DNA of 63,276 bases, the filler included, from Octopus bimaculoides (lineage: Eukaryota): the NCBI RefSeq assembly GCF_001194135.2. It is 8 parts of 7 records of this genome, joined end to end, with 100 filler letters (N's around TTAATTAATTAA, not from the genome) between each part and the next. Parts side by side here need not be neighbours in the genome. Positions count along the whole stretch, not along the records: positions 1 to 17,706 come from NC_068982.1; positions 17,807 to 20,064 come from NC_068988.1; positions 20,165 to 26,219 come from NC_068987.1; positions 26,320 to 31,612 come from NC_068988.1; 4 more parts are not named here. The stretch is one strand, 5' to 3'. Positions 14,212 through 28,262 of this stretch are shown here, piece after piece. The stretch's first letter is position 1, and each line of letters begins with the position of its first letter. The notes under the pieces are model-generated. The model made no database searches, was not told the origin of the DNA, and saw only the letters and a list, made by a program, of their open reading frames with translations. The position numbers and the translations under genes were made by a program.

Positions 14212-15369
14212 NNNNNNNNNNNNNNNNNNNNNNNNNNNNNNNNNNNNNNNNNNNNNNNNNNNNNNNNNNNNNNNNNNNNNNNNNNNNNNNNNNNNNNNNN
14301 NNNNNNNNNNNNNNNNNNNNNNNNNNNNNNNNNNNNNNNNATATATATATATATATATATATATACCAGGACAATGTATTGTAATGATTTCTGTTAGAAT
14401 AACCATCATAACTTTTTACGCTACCAAATATCTTTCTGCATTCTGAAGCAAATATTTTTCCCATTTCATCCATTAAATTACCGACATAACTACTCGTAAC
14501 CCAAAGGGTCAATTTCAATTGGAAATTCGTTGAGTTTTGACTCTAATTAAATGTGAAATGCGATTAATGTTGAAATTGTATATTTAATTATATTTGACTG
14601 TTTTCTATTAGAGTGAATAAATTGTTTGATTCCCTAAAAGAAATTCGATACAATTGCAGTTTACATACAAGTACGTAATTTAAAACTACATCGCTGCAAA
14701 ACATATTCCAATGTGATTTATATGTAAAATATGTATAGAACCAGAAACGTTGTAAAAATTAAACAGTATTTTTTGAATAACAATTACGTCTATCACCAAA
14801 TAGTCCGAGGGAAATCGTACTCAGAAGATAATGTTTTATTATTAATTGTATGTAAATAAGGGATGTATGGTATTATATATGTGAGCCAAATGTTACGTTT
14901 TAGGTCTGAATTTCAATTCACCTGAAGAAATGGTTTTTGTCATGATATAATAATGATTTGTTCGTCAACATCAAATGCATCTGAAATAGCTGTAGCTATC
15001 CTCAGCCCGTTCAGGATTTTATTTATTTTACCCCATACATGGGACCTTCATCGCGTTGGATCCGGGACTTACCGTGGACCGTAAAACTGCATGTCGGTGT
15101 ACGTCTGAATGCGAATTTACATATATATGTATTTTTATATTGACAGGTATATTGATCTGTCCATGTGCATGTGTATGTAATTAGTAGGACATGTCCGTAT
15201 ATATATTAATATATACGTGAATATCCATTGGTTGAGTGCCAACGATACAGAGAGAAAATCGTAATAGTGAGACATGGTTGTGCCTGCAGAAAGGAAGGCT
15301 GTAAAGGAAGTTTTATTGAAGATTAATTGGATAGAAACCAAGATAGACAAAAGTCAGGTAGAGTTCCAA

Positions 15370-15990
15370 TATAGGTTATGTAAATCAAAGTGTGACTTAT
15401 ATATTAAGTGACTATAGTATGCTGGCACAGAAAGAATACAAGAAAATATATGACAACGGAGGGAGTATAATCCACTGGGAGTTACATAGAAAGTTAAAAT
15501 TTGACCATACTGATAAATGGTATGAACTTAAACCTAGTAAAATGCTAGATAGTAAGAAATATGAAATGTGGGATTTTAACAATTAGGATTTTATGAGGTG
15601 TAGTACTTTAACAGTCTGACAGAGTAATTGAACCTGGAAGGCCTGATTTTTAGTGGTGGGCAAAGAGAATAGAAAGTGTCAAGCACGTTTGTAGTCCCAA
15701 ATGATGAAAAACTAATATGAGAGTTACAGGGAAAATAACAAAGTATTAGGACCTAGGCATTGAGTTAGAGAGGTTATGGAAAGTGTGGGTAAAATGTATC
15801 CTTGTAGTTATAGGTAAAATGTATCCCTGTAGTTACGAACTATCCTTAAATATTTCAACAGATGGATAGAGATAATATACATATTACGTAGTTTATAAAC
15901 TATACATAATACCTATTTTCGAAAATAATACTATTACGGACAGCTAGGATACTTAGGAATCTTTTTGGCAATTACGGTTACTTGTTTTAG
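15370..15990 (+). mobile_element. Degenerate R4/Dong-type non-LTR retrotransposon 3' end (zinc knuckle + REL endonuclease)
   Basis: Frameshifted translations: ILSDYSMLAQKEYKKIYDN..SIIHWEL..KWYE.KP...WDFN, DRVIEPGRPDF, VVPND, DLGIELERLWKV..VVIG, RILRNLF. Confidence 0.8.
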
Positions 15991-16355
15991 CACAATGTCA
16001 AGAATTATTTTTTCGAACAGCCTAATTTGTTGCGTGTATATAAAATTATAATGACGGTGATGATTTTAGGTTCTAGTGCAAGACCAGCAAGTTCGGTGGT
16101 CAGTCTAAGCTGATCAGATCGACACAATGCTCAGCTGGTATCCATATTAAAGACCCCGAAAAGTGTTGAAAAGTGGCGGATTCTGAATATAGTAATATTA
16201 TAATAATGATAGCAACAACAACAACAATAATTATTACTATAATTATTCTAATGGGCTGTTATAGCTCGATATTAGGACATTTTTTTTCTTTTCCAACAGT
16301 CTAATCTGTTGTGTATGTATGATAATAATAATTATATAATATATATATATATATT

Positions 16356-16499
16356 TAAGGCAAATAAGAATATGAAGAGGATATACAATCGACAAATATC
16401 AGCCAGTAAACATTCAATTATATACCTATTTATTAAATGATTACAATCATGTGTGTGATTGATACAAATTAACGAATGAAATAAGTCAATAACTACATA

Positions 16500-16574
<75 letters not shown>

Positions 16575-16717
16575 CTATGCAGTTATTGACTTATTTTATT
16601 TGTTAATTTGTATCACTTACACATATGTTTGTAATCATTTAATAAATAGATATAATTGAATGTTTACTGGCTGATGTTTGTCGATTGTATATCCTCTCCA
16701 TTTTCTTATTTGCCTTA
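16356..16717. mobile_element. Foldback/MITE with ~143-bp inverted arms around a (TA)n(TG)n core
   Basis: 16356-16499 is the reverse complement of 16576-16717 at roughly 90% identity. Termini TAAGGCAAATAAGAA...TTCTTATTTGCCTTA. Confidence 0.85.
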
Positions 16718-17237
16718 TAAATCGTGGGTGGATTTCTAATTTACCCGCACCCATACCTAATAGCCAATTGCGATATTGCCATGCAATTGTAGGCACTTGG
16801 TTATAAATAATTAGGTACACATTCAATAGTATAGTGCATATTTAATATCCCTCAGACGATTTCTTAACCTCTAACTCATACAGAAACACACACACACATA
16901 TATATATACACCCTTTATTTTGCGTATTAATTGATGCCTCCAGAGGTCAAGTTCTCCACTTCATTTAAGGGCTCTTAAAATTAACATAATCCCTCTCATT
17001 TTCTTTCCAGTTTTTTTTTTCTGTATAACATCCTATGCACGTTTCTATCAACTTCTATATATGTTACTGCAAAACATAAATGAATGTGACTTACATTTAT
17101 TTATCAGAATATCTAAATGTTACGTTGAATGTGTTTAACAGCAGCGAACTTCAGAATAACAACAGATCATTTACAGAATGGGGCTCTCAACACTGAGACT
17201 AGAACCTGGCGACTATTAATGCTTAACTATCAGTCAC

Positions 17238-17269
<32 letters not shown>

Positions 17270-19551
17270 AGTCACATCGGCTCGCAAGTAAGTTGGCCTT
17301 TTATATGTCAAAACTTTTGCAGTTTTAAAATATTTGTTGTGGAAGAGGTGTATAAGTCTATACACTTCGACCCTATTGGGTTTTTGTAATAGGAAGTGGC
17401 TCCTTCTGGAGTTTATTTCCAAAAGTTTTTGATTTTTCTCCGGCTTATTTGCCATATTTCGTAAAAGAAATATGGCTAGACCTTCACACGTGGTCGATTT
17501 GCTTCTAACAGCAGGCAAGGAGACTGACCAACAAGTCGTTCCGCATGAACGAACACAAGACGTAGAGACCAGGAATGCTGCGTTTACTACTACTGCCTTC
17601 ACCACCTCCACTACCACCATTACGACCGCCACCAACGACAACAAAACCAAAACCACTACTGCCACCGTCATCGCAGCCACGACTACCACCAAGAACAACA
17701 ATAACANNNNNNNNNNNNNNNNNNNNNNNNNNNNNNNNNNNNNNNNNNNNTTAATTAATTAANNNNNNNNNNNNNNNNNNNNNNNNNNNNNNNNNNNNNN
17801 NNNNNNTATTAACAGAATCGCTCGTCAGCCTTCTCACTCTCTCTCTTTCTCTCTGTCTCTCTCTCTCTAAATATTAAGCGAATAACGTCGACGCCATTTT
17901 ACCCACGGAGCGTAAGATCACCATCTCCCCCAGCAAGCAATGTGAGTTTAGAATTGCAGGCGCCAATCCCCGTGTGATACGCCCCCAAGAAAGCAACAAC
18001 GCTGTTGTTGTTGTTGTTGTTGAGGAAATACAGGAGCAGCAGCACCGAACAACAAAAGGAATATTAAAAGCAGCAGCAACAACAACAACAACAACGACCG
18101 ACACCAACACCTGCATAATGCCGAAGAACTGCTCCTTATTTAGCAACGTAGCAAATACATGGACTCAACATTAGCCCAAGGGCAAAAGTAAAACCATAGA
18201 GAGCTATAACGATGACATTGCTCGGCCTAGTGTCGGACATGTTGTCGGCAAAAGAAGTTAACGACACGAGCAGAGGAGCAGTTATATGCAGTAGCCATAC
18301 CCTGATAAATAAGAGAATAATACAGTACGTTAGCTCAGACTGAGAAATACCTAATGTGGATCACTGAAGGGTACGTAACGAGGGAGAAAACACAGGACTG
18401 TGGTGGAAATTTGCCATAGTGCTACGCAGAATCTTCGCTACAAATGGCACTCTTAAGTTTGCGATATCACCCTACATGCTTACATAGGACGACGCATTGC
18501 AATAGTGACTGTGACAAACATACTAACTCACAAAGACCAACTCGAAGTGGGGACAATGGTTGAAGAACACAAGCTGTAACAATGACATTGTTCGACCTAG
18601 TGTCGTAAATGTCGGTAAAAGAAGTCAGCGATGCGAACAGAGGAGCAGTTACGTGCTGTTACATACCCATTCTCCTTTGCTATCATATGGATTTTCTACG
18701 GGGTGCATGCCCTTGCTTACCCCCAACCTCAGTTTCTAGATATGAGTTGTCCTGAGACAAAGGCTTCTACCAGGAGTTTTAAGAAATGTGGTGGAAAACT
18801 AGCTCAGGAAGGCAGGGACGCTACTCCCTGAGACCCCTTTCGGAAGCCCGCTACCTATTATTATCATTATTATTATTATTATTATTATTATTGTGTGTGT
18901 GTGTGTGTGTGTGTGTGATAATGATGATAATGATGATATATGATAGTGATAATGATGATAGCAGTGTTTTCATGTCCAAAGATCACAAGGAAGAGTGGCA
19001 TGCCCTCAAGTGGGTAGATTAACCGATCCTTGACGCTGCAGTGTTTTTCTACCTGCCTGCACTTAGTAGTTTTAAAGTGGGAGCTAGTCCACACAATCTG
19101 ATCCCACTCTTTAGACTTGGAGGTCTGACTACAGTGCCTCAACAGTTTATGATGACTGCGGTGACTAGCAAGCTATAGGTTTTACATTGGCGTGCCCTCT
19201 TCCCAGGTGAATTGCCTTACAGGTATAGTGAATTCTACCGACACTGGTGTTGCCAGAGGGGTGTCAAAGCGGGCATCGGACCTCCCGAAGGACTGCACTC
19301 CTTGAATTGTTGCCGAGGTTGACTCTCTTAGCATTTTCTTTTTCCGAGGTAATCACAAAGCAATGAGGGTTTGTGCTTGAACTTTCTTCCATAACATGTT
19401 AGTTAAAACATAGCTGGGACCCTCACGTATGCTATTAAATGTGACCTGGGAACAATAGTGGTTCCACCCACCTACCTCAAAAAAACGCTGGGATATCCCA
19501 ACCAGTGTCCTACGAACTGGATGCAGTTTAAAGTTATACCCAGGAGACAAC

Positions 19552-19702
<151 letters not shown>

Positions 19703-19933
19703 ATAATTTAACGAGGGAATCACTGTCCAATTTGTTGTGTTTTATCGACTCCAACAAGAAGGGTGAAAGTCAAGATTAACTTCAGCGGGAAGTGAAAAAT
19801 CGAAACAATTACTGCAAGGCATTTAGTACGACGCACTAGCAATTCTGTCAATCTACATTAAAAAATAAAGAAATTTAAAAGCGGTGCCCCAGCATGGCCA
19901 TAGTCTAATGACTGAAACAAGTGAAAAAAAAGT

Positions 19934-20064
19934 AATTGTGGAGAAATTAAGAATTGTGGAGAAATTAAGAATTGTGGAGAAATTAAGAATTGTGGAGAAA
20001 TTAAGAATTGTGGAGAAATTAAGAATTGTGGAGAAATTAAGAATTGTGGAGAAATTAAGAATTG
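19934..20064. repeat. 18-bp minisatellite (AATTGTGGAGAAATTAAG) x7.3
   Basis: Perfect tandem copies running into a spacer. Confidence 0.95.
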
Positions 20065-20164
20065 NNNNNNNNNNNNNNNNNNNNNNNNNNNNNNNNNNNN
20101 NNNNNNNNTTAATTAATTAANNNNNNNNNNNNNNNNNNNNNNNNNNNNNNNNNNNNNNNNNNNN

Positions 20165-20474
20165 ATCGATGGTCAACCCTATCAAAAGCTTTAGACTGGT
20201 CCAAATGTACCAGTGCCCCACCTTTGCCAGATTTATTATCAACCCTCTCTATGGTATAGCGAATAAGATGGAGGGTATCCTGAATGGTTCTGCCTGGGAT
20301 GGCACGTGTCTGTGCCTCTCCGACTATACCATCCGCGACACGCGCCAACCTTTTCGCTAAGACCTTGGCCAAAATCTTCACTTCTGCCTTTAACAGAGTG
20401 ATGGGCCTGAAATTCTCTATAACGTCCCCCTTGTCCAGGTCCTTTCTGACCAACGTCACTACTCCCCGGCGCAC
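20165..20474 (-). mobile_element. L1/Tx1-clade LINE reverse transcriptase fragment
   Basis: GVVTLVRK...ENFRPITLLKAEVKILAKVLAKRL...IPGRTIQD...LDQSKAFDRVDH, the N-terminal RT motifs. Truncated by a spacer. Confidence 0.9.
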
Positions 20475-21399
20475 AGATCTGGGGATAAACTCACAACTTT
20501 ACGATCGTGAGCCGAATGCCTTAACCACTAAACCAAGCGTCCTCAATAGTAGATAAAGAAGTACATGAAAAGAGTAGAGCGAAGGAGATGGGGATAAGAG
20601 AAAAAAGAGAGAGAAATGGCGAACAAGAAAAAGAGCGTGTATTTTCTTCTTACACTGTATTGAAAACGTACGATTTGTTACAGATAGAGCGAAAAATATT
20701 ACAATTAACTCGGTGATGACGTTACATCTTGTTATTTGCAAAGAAAAATATCTCACAAAACCAATAAAACAACAGAGAAATGATATTAACAATATTTTCT
20801 ACGACAAAAGGTTATATACTGCAATAAATATATCTGATAATATATAGATAAAGATTGATATTGGCAAAATTTCATGATATTAATATCAAAACAAGTAATT
20901 TTGAAGAGAAGAATATGATAATATAACGTATTCTAATTTATACAGTGAAGCTGTTATTTGCTTTAATATTGTGATATTACACGAATGAACAGTTTATCTG
21001 GTGGCAGCCAAGTATTTAATGTTACAAGTACCAATAGTGAAGAGGGTAGTAGCTTAGTTAATGTTGTAATCTAGGAAATTTTAATTAATCGAAATTACGC
21101 CGTAAGTGATAAGAACAATTGTTTTCAAAAGCAGACATATTCGTAACAAATTTTAATGATTTAAAACTGATTAACAAGAAAATGCAGTGAGGGGTGAGTT
21201 GAATCTTGATAATAAGGGAGACAGCTACAGACATGTTATATATAGCCTTATTAGACTTCATCTCTGAGGCATAGTCTAACTATCACAAGTATTGGGTTGT
21301 CAAGTACGAGATGCTTTCCATAAATTTTGATACTTTTAATTTAGGAGAGGCAGTTATAATTGACCTTGGTTTTTGCAAATTTAATATATCATTAGTATA

Positions 21400-21666
21400 C
21401 AGTAATCCATCGCCATATCGTGGTTCACTTATCGTGGTCCATTTATCGCGGCTCACTTATCGCGGTTCAGCTACCGTGGTTTATCATTTAAGCTTACGTC
21501 GATTCCTTTGCAGTGTTGTTTTGCATTCATAATAAAATAAATATATACAAATTATAAAGATAATTTTGTTTTAAATATGCAATACAGTACTGTTTCTACT
21601 TCGCAGATTTTCACCTATCGCAGGGATATTTGGAACGTAACACCCGCGATATTCGAGGGATTACTG
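21400..21666. mobile_element. pogo/Tigger-like MITE
   Basis: TA|CAGTAATCC...GGATTACTG|TA, with about five ~15-bp subterminal repeats (CACTTATCGyGGyyC). Confidence 0.85.
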
Positions 21667-21774
21667 TACATCTAATGAGCAAACCTACCAACCCTTTTAT
21701 TCCAGATTGAAGGAGACGGTTGTAACAGCATTTTGAGCGCACTTTACTAGATACTGCTTGTAATAGCTGATTAG

Positions 21775-22451
21775 TTTGCAGAATGCAATCGGAGCGGCTG
21801 GAAGCACACTTTGTAATAAGGTTTTTGCGTTAAACTGGACAAAAAAACGTTGCAGAAACTTATGAAGTACTCCAGAATGCTTATGGATTAACTTTTTCGC
21901 TGGTTCAAGAGATTCAAGATGGTAGAAGGGAAATAAGAGACGATTAGTTATGAGAGGGAGGCCAGAATATCAGAGCTGGTTGAGAGAATTCGTTATTTTC
22001 TGAATGAAGTCCGTCGTGTGTCTATAAAGACAATAAACGTAGTTTGGAGTTGGTGTAGCAACTGTACACAGAATTATCTATGAGGATCTGAACATGCACA
22101 AAATTTGTGCAAAGTTTGTTCCCAGAGTGGCCAGTGACCAGCATCCTTGTAATCAAGAAACGCCCAAAAATTTCAGGGAGGAAAATAGTTTTGATGCCTA
22201 TTTCTATCAACTTGTTAAGTTGAAGAAGAACTTCTGAGGCAGTTGTTTTGAAAAACTTTAGAATTCCTGTCAGGGCCTCCTTAAACGACTTCACGATGGA
22301 GGGCTACCATGGGCCTTCACGAAGGGGTTAGCGGGCTACAAGTGCATTGAAGTCAGAAGATCCTACTTTGAAGGGGATTAGTGTTTTATATTTGTTTGAG
22401 TTAATAAATATATCCTCTGAGAGTGTCTAAAAACTTCTCAAATTCACCTTG
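21775..22451 (+). mobile_element. Internally deleted mariner remnant
   Basis: N-terminal ..AETYEVLQNAYG..FRWFKRFQDGR..VATVHRIIYEDLNMHKICAKFVPRV joined to C-terminal FTK....YKCIEVRRSYFEGD*. Ends ..TTCACCTTG|TA. Confidence 0.75.
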
Positions 22452-25400
22452 TAAATTCGTTCTTTTAACTCTTTTCATTGTTCTTTTTTATATTTTAATC
22501 TTTTATTTATTCATTTATCTATTTATTTATTTATTTCTAGCTCCGTTCTTCCACAACTTTTCTTTATATCGTTTTTGAAATTTGAATGGATTTTACTTTT
22601 TTGAAAACATATGATGATGAAGGGCCAAGTAGAGAAAAACGAATTTAATTGACAGCCAAAAACTTTAATGAATGAACACTTAATGGCGTCTAAATTACAA
22701 AATTAATTTAATAAAGAACCAGTATTAGTACTGTTTCTCATTACTTCTTTCTTCAATTTTTCTTGTAATGAAGAATAACATGGGAGCAGACGACATTTTG
22801 GGATCGGTTCTGAATATAAAGACAAATTCTTCATTGATATGATGACTTGCATGTTTATTTTTAACATGTTCCGACGAAAGTGTATATGCAACTCGCTGTT
22901 GTGTCCGTCACCAGAAAAAAGCTTCTCCTTTACGATGGCTGCCATCAGAACACACTTGTATCATAAATACTAGGGATTCTGGGACACCGGTGTTTCATCA
23001 TATTGTGTCTTATCAGTCAAAAGTACCCGGACCAATGAAACTAACAAGTGCCGATGACCTTGTTTTTACTTCCAGCGAACAAACTGTTCACAGATCCGTG
23101 ATGATATCTACCGACCGTTGATAAACCTTTGTTAATCTAATATCTCAGATTATGTTGTTGTTTTTTTTTGTAAGTTTGAATTTCCTTTTTTTATAGCTTG
23201 ATCAGGAGGAAAGGCTTGTGCCCATGGCTTTTTAATCATAAGAGTGTTCGATCTAAAAAGATTAAATATAGCATTTTACTGTACTTAGTCCTTTCTAAAC
23301 ACAATAAGCTTACGTGGTGTATTGGTTAAGGTGTGCGTTGGTTTTGTGATCGTAAGACCATGTTGAATACATTGATACGTTAAGTTCATGAGCAAAGCAG
23401 TTCAGTTCACGTTGCTCTAGTCTAGTCAGCCGAAACTGAGTGCCCGTCTAATACTAGTGCAGCTCTCCCTTCCTCTACGTATTATATCTTCAGTACCACG
23501 CTCGGTCAAAGACTGAGACAGTGTATGTCTACTGGCGATTATATTGATACATAAAACCCACGGTTGGTACAAATTACCAACCCATACTCGCTTGTGAGGA
23601 AAAGCTTTGATTTGAATACAGAAAATGGTTTTGCTGAATCCGCCAGAGTCAAGACCTTGCTTTTCATCCTTCCGGGGCCAGTGGCACAAATACTAACCAA
23701 GTATTTATGTCAAATAATCGACGCTACTTGTGATAGCGAACCAATAACACATGTGTAGTTTATGACACCCAAACGAATTTTTAGGTGACATGCAATGGAC
23801 TTTGAAAGAGAAAAGGAATAATATCCCAGCGGTCTCATACTATACAAAGAGAATGCTATTTGGCAAAGAATATTTACGATTTTTCGAATATGAATACGTC
23901 TATGTTAACAAAGTGATTGAAGATAGAAAAATATCCAATGGGTGTATATACATATTTTAAGGGTTAGTGCTCCTTCTTCAGCACCACAATTTATCAAGTA
24001 CATACGAACACACAGATTAAATAGCCAGTAAATTTAGTGATGTTACACAACTGGATATACTAATTTTACATATTAGACATATTCCTGGTAAATTGTACGT
24101 GCATATTAATTACTGGTAGGGGCACTATATTTTGTTATGCGACCATAATATACTATGAAGTATATTAAAGGCTTCATAATTCAATACTATGTTCCACCTG
24201 TGTTAGCAGGTCCATTCGTTCACTTTATAAAGTTATCTGTATAGAGTTTCTATTGAAATTAGAGCAGCTCAGAAAGTCACAACATACGTATACGAATATG
24301 CATATACACCCATCATCTATTTTTCTATCTTCGATCACATTGTTTATATAGACGTATTCGTATATGAAACGTCGTAACTTTTAGTGTTGGCTCTAATTTT
24401 TAGAGAAAATCTAGAGAGATAACTTTAAAAAGTGATTGAATCGCAGTGCTAATACGGGTGTGACACATTATTGACTTTATATTCTTTTAATACATTTGGT
24501 AGTTATTATGTTTGCTTAACGAAATACAGTGTCCCAACCAGTAATTAATTATAACTATCATGCACGCCGTCATTTTAAAGCATTTTTCAGTAAAGAAATG
24601 AATATATCACAGTAAAGATTGTCATAGAACAAGATGTAAACTTCCGGATAGCACTGTAGAGGTAACACCCCGGAGAGTACGCCATTCTATTTTGATTTAT
24701 AGGTTGAATAGCATCGCAAGTATTGCTGCTAATGCTTTTATGCAATTTGCTTCCTTCTCAAGAGCATTAGCCGCGTAAACAGCTTTCCCACTGTCTCAAT
24801 TGAATATTATAAAGCTTTTAGTCTCCAGTAGCCACCTCAGCAACAGTAATACAAAACAAAAAGAGAAAAGAGAAACTGATAAATGAACATGACACAGCCT
24901 GATTTCCATTTTACTCCAAATTGGAAACATTGTGATTATATCGATCTGTCTTTATTTATCTCATGGGAGCGTTCATCTACATTGAATAAACAGAGATGAT
25001 ACACATTGAGTAAATTGATGTTGTTTTTCCATATTTGCAGCATCACTCAACGAGCTATTAACGCTTTATCTTCTCAGGACAAACTGAGTATTTACTATAA
25101 ATCATGAAATACAAAACCCTTACTGTCGATTCTTGGGGATTCAAGAGCGGTGAATCTTCGCTTAAAAGCTGATCAGTACTAATCGAGTAAACCTATGTTC
25201 AAAGACATTCCAACCGTGAACACCTCGTCTTTTTTGTGCGGTGTATCTCGAGCTTCATTTTCTTATTTACGACAGTAGTGTATGAGTGGAAGAAGATCTC
25301 GGTCGTCATTTGTGGCAGGTTCATCTACCATGTTGGTTCCTATTGGAGTAATGTGTTAAAATGACTAAACTTACTTGGAGCATATTATAACGACTTGTGA

Positions 25401-25582
25401 ACAAAGGAGTAACGATGACGACCACCCAACCTTTCTCTTGGTACATTCTGTGTTTAAGAAATTTGATTTTGAAATTATACGGTTTCGGGTTCGATTCCAC
25501 TGCGTGACAAGTTTGGCATGCATGTTCTACCCTAGGAATTTGGAATCTTGTAGACGGAAGCTACATACAAACATTCATGCAT

Positions 25583-25887
25583 GCACTCCGTCGCTTACGA
25601 CGAAGAGGTTTCCAGTTGATCCGATCAACGGAACAGCCTGCTCGTGCTGAGCACTCCACAGACACGCGAATCCCTTCACATACTTCTCGGTGGGGTTCAG
25701 CTTGACACAGAGTGTGATAAGGCTGGCCCCTTGAAATACAGGTACTACGCATTTTTCCCAGCTGAGTGAACTGGAGCAACGTGAAATAAAGTGTCTTGTT
25801 CCATGACACAATGCGCCGCCGGGAATCGAACTCGTGACCCTACGATCGCAAGCCGAATACCCTAACCACTAAGCCACGCGCCTTCAC
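25583..25887 (-). mobile_element. Full-length tRNA-derived SINE with CORE-like centre
   Basis: Head GTGAAGGCGCGTGGCTTAGTGG (A box), GAGTTCGATTCC (B box), GTGTC..GAACAAGACACTT centre. The tail is shared with 45876-46112. Confidence 0.85.
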
Positions 25888-26166
25888 ACACACACACACA
25901 TACATATATATACGGCTCTACTCTAGGCACAAGGCCCGAAATTTTGGGGTAAGTAGCCAGTCGATTGGATCGACCCCAGTACGCAACTGGTACTTAATTT
26001 ATCGACCCCGAAAGAATGAAAGGCAAAGCCGACCTCAGCGGAAAACACATATATATATACATATATATAATGTGAGTATGTGTGTGTGTGTATATATATG
26101 TATATATATATATTTATATATATATATATATATGTGTATATATATGTATGTATAATATATACAAGT

Positions 26167-26219
<53 letters not shown>

Positions 26220-26319
26220 NNNNNNNNNNNNNNNNNNNNNNNNNNNNNNNNNNNNNNNNNNNNTTAATTAATTAANNNNNNNNNNNNNNNNNNNNNNNNN
26301 NNNNNNNNNNNNNNNNNNN

Positions 26320-26379
<60 letters not shown>

Positions 26380-26823
26380 CTTATTTTCGATTCTGTACTC
26401 TCCCTGGCAGCAAGTATAAAATATATAAACCAATGTCGTAAAACAGCGTGTATAATTTCATATCTTTTACTTGTTTGAGTCACTAGACTGCGGCCATGAT
26501 GGAGCACTCGATTTGAACGATATGAGTCGAGCATATTGACGACAATGCATATTATCTTCAAAGCCTATCGGTCGACTTATCCGAACAGAGGTGTGACGTT
26601 GAAATAAACAAACCAGCACGGCTGTCAATCTGTAGTGGGTGCCGCAACAACACACACATATATATATATATCAACATGTACATACATATATACGCTCATA
26701 TATACATTCATACATAAAGGTAAAGAGACAGGTAGATAGAATACAATTATTTTTTTCCTTTGGCTGTCTTTTAAGTGTATGTGTCTATGTATGCACGTAT
26801 ATATGCCTATATACATTAGTAAG

Positions 26824-26860
<37 letters not shown>

Positions 26861-27480
26861 CAAAATAAGTAACAGAATCTCAAATAGTAGCACAGTACGA
26901 CCGTTTCAAGCGACACAATTTAATTGAACAATGCAATCATTACATCAATTTTAAATACAGCGCAATATTCAGCTGCACATATATTTAGCAAGAATGTTAT
27001 ATNNNNNNNNNNNNNNNNNNNNNNNNNNNNNNNNNNNNNNNNNNNNNNNNNNNNNNNNNNNNNNNNNNNNNNNNNNNNNNNNNNNNNNNNNNNNNNNNNN
27101 NNNNNNNNNNNNNNNNNNNNNNNNNNNNNNNNNNNNNNNNNNNNNNNNNNNNNNNNNNNNNNNNNNNNNNNNNNNNNNNNNNNNNNNNNNNNNNNNNNNN
27201 NNNNNNNNNNNNNNNNNNNNNNNNNNNNNNNNNNNNNNNNNNNNNNNNNNNNNNNNNNNNNNNNNNNNNNNNNNNNNNNNNNNNNNNNNNNNNNNNNNNN
27301 NNNNNNNNNNNNNNNNNNNNNNNNNNNNNNNNNNNNNNNNNNNNNNNNNNNNNNNNNNNNNNNNNNNNNNNNNNNNNNNNNNNNNNNNNNNNNNNNNNNA
27401 TATATATAATATTCTATGAAATTAGAATCAATATCATCTGATGAACAAATATGTTTATCCTTCTCCTTCCACCTCTTCTC

Positions 27481-27527
<47 letters not shown>

Positions 27528-28262
27528 ACTCACTGACTCTTTCTCTCCCTCTCTCTCTCTCTCAGTCTCTCTCTCTCTCAGTCTCTCTCTCTCTCTCTCG
27601 CGCGCGTTCATTTATGTAAAGCTATAAAAATACATAAGTCACTATTGAGAAATGTCTTGGATGTTTGAAATTGTTTCTTCCAAGAATTCCATGTATCCTT
27701 CCTCCCCGTGACTTCGGAACTTTAAAACAACCTTCCAGGTGTCATGACGTCGTATACCTCCAAGCTGGGAGTTATTTTCATCGATACTTTATTTAGATCT
27801 CATGAAATTCGTTCCATTTCTACCACACACACACACACACACACACATAGACTTATACTATGGCGGCAACTATCCCATCTTAGAGCGAATTCTGCATATA
27901 AAGCAGGTCCTTCCTTACTAAAAGAATTTAAATAATTAAAAATATTAAACGCATGCATACATTCACTTTTATATACTAACAATATTGTTCAATGGCGACC
28001 AGCTGGCAAAATCGTTAGCTGTCAGAATTGTCCCGACACACCGGTTGACAATTGGTGTTGGTTTGTTTACATCTACATAACTTAGCGATTCGCTAAAAGA
28101 GACCGAGAGGATCAGTGGCAAACTTGAAGAAAAAAAAATACTGGGGAAGGGGTCGATCTGTTCAACTAAAACCCTTGAAGGTGGTGCTCCAGCATGACCG
28201 CAGTTTAATGACTACTGGCAGAATCATTAGCTGGCAGAATCATTAGCTGGCAGAATCATTAG

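Noticed and set aside
17472-17706. Thr-rich mucin-like ORF
   Set aside because: The Thr run is an (ACC/ACT)n tract running into a spacer, with no domain or splice support.
17751-17762. TTAATTAATTAA as a biological motif or TTAA target site
   Set aside because: Always centred in exactly 44N+44N; a synthetic linker.
19934-20064. CRISPR array
   Set aside because: No spacers, eukaryotic context, no cas genes.
25810-25887. tRNA gene
   Set aside because: A and B boxes are present but continue into a SINE body, with no complete cloverleaf.
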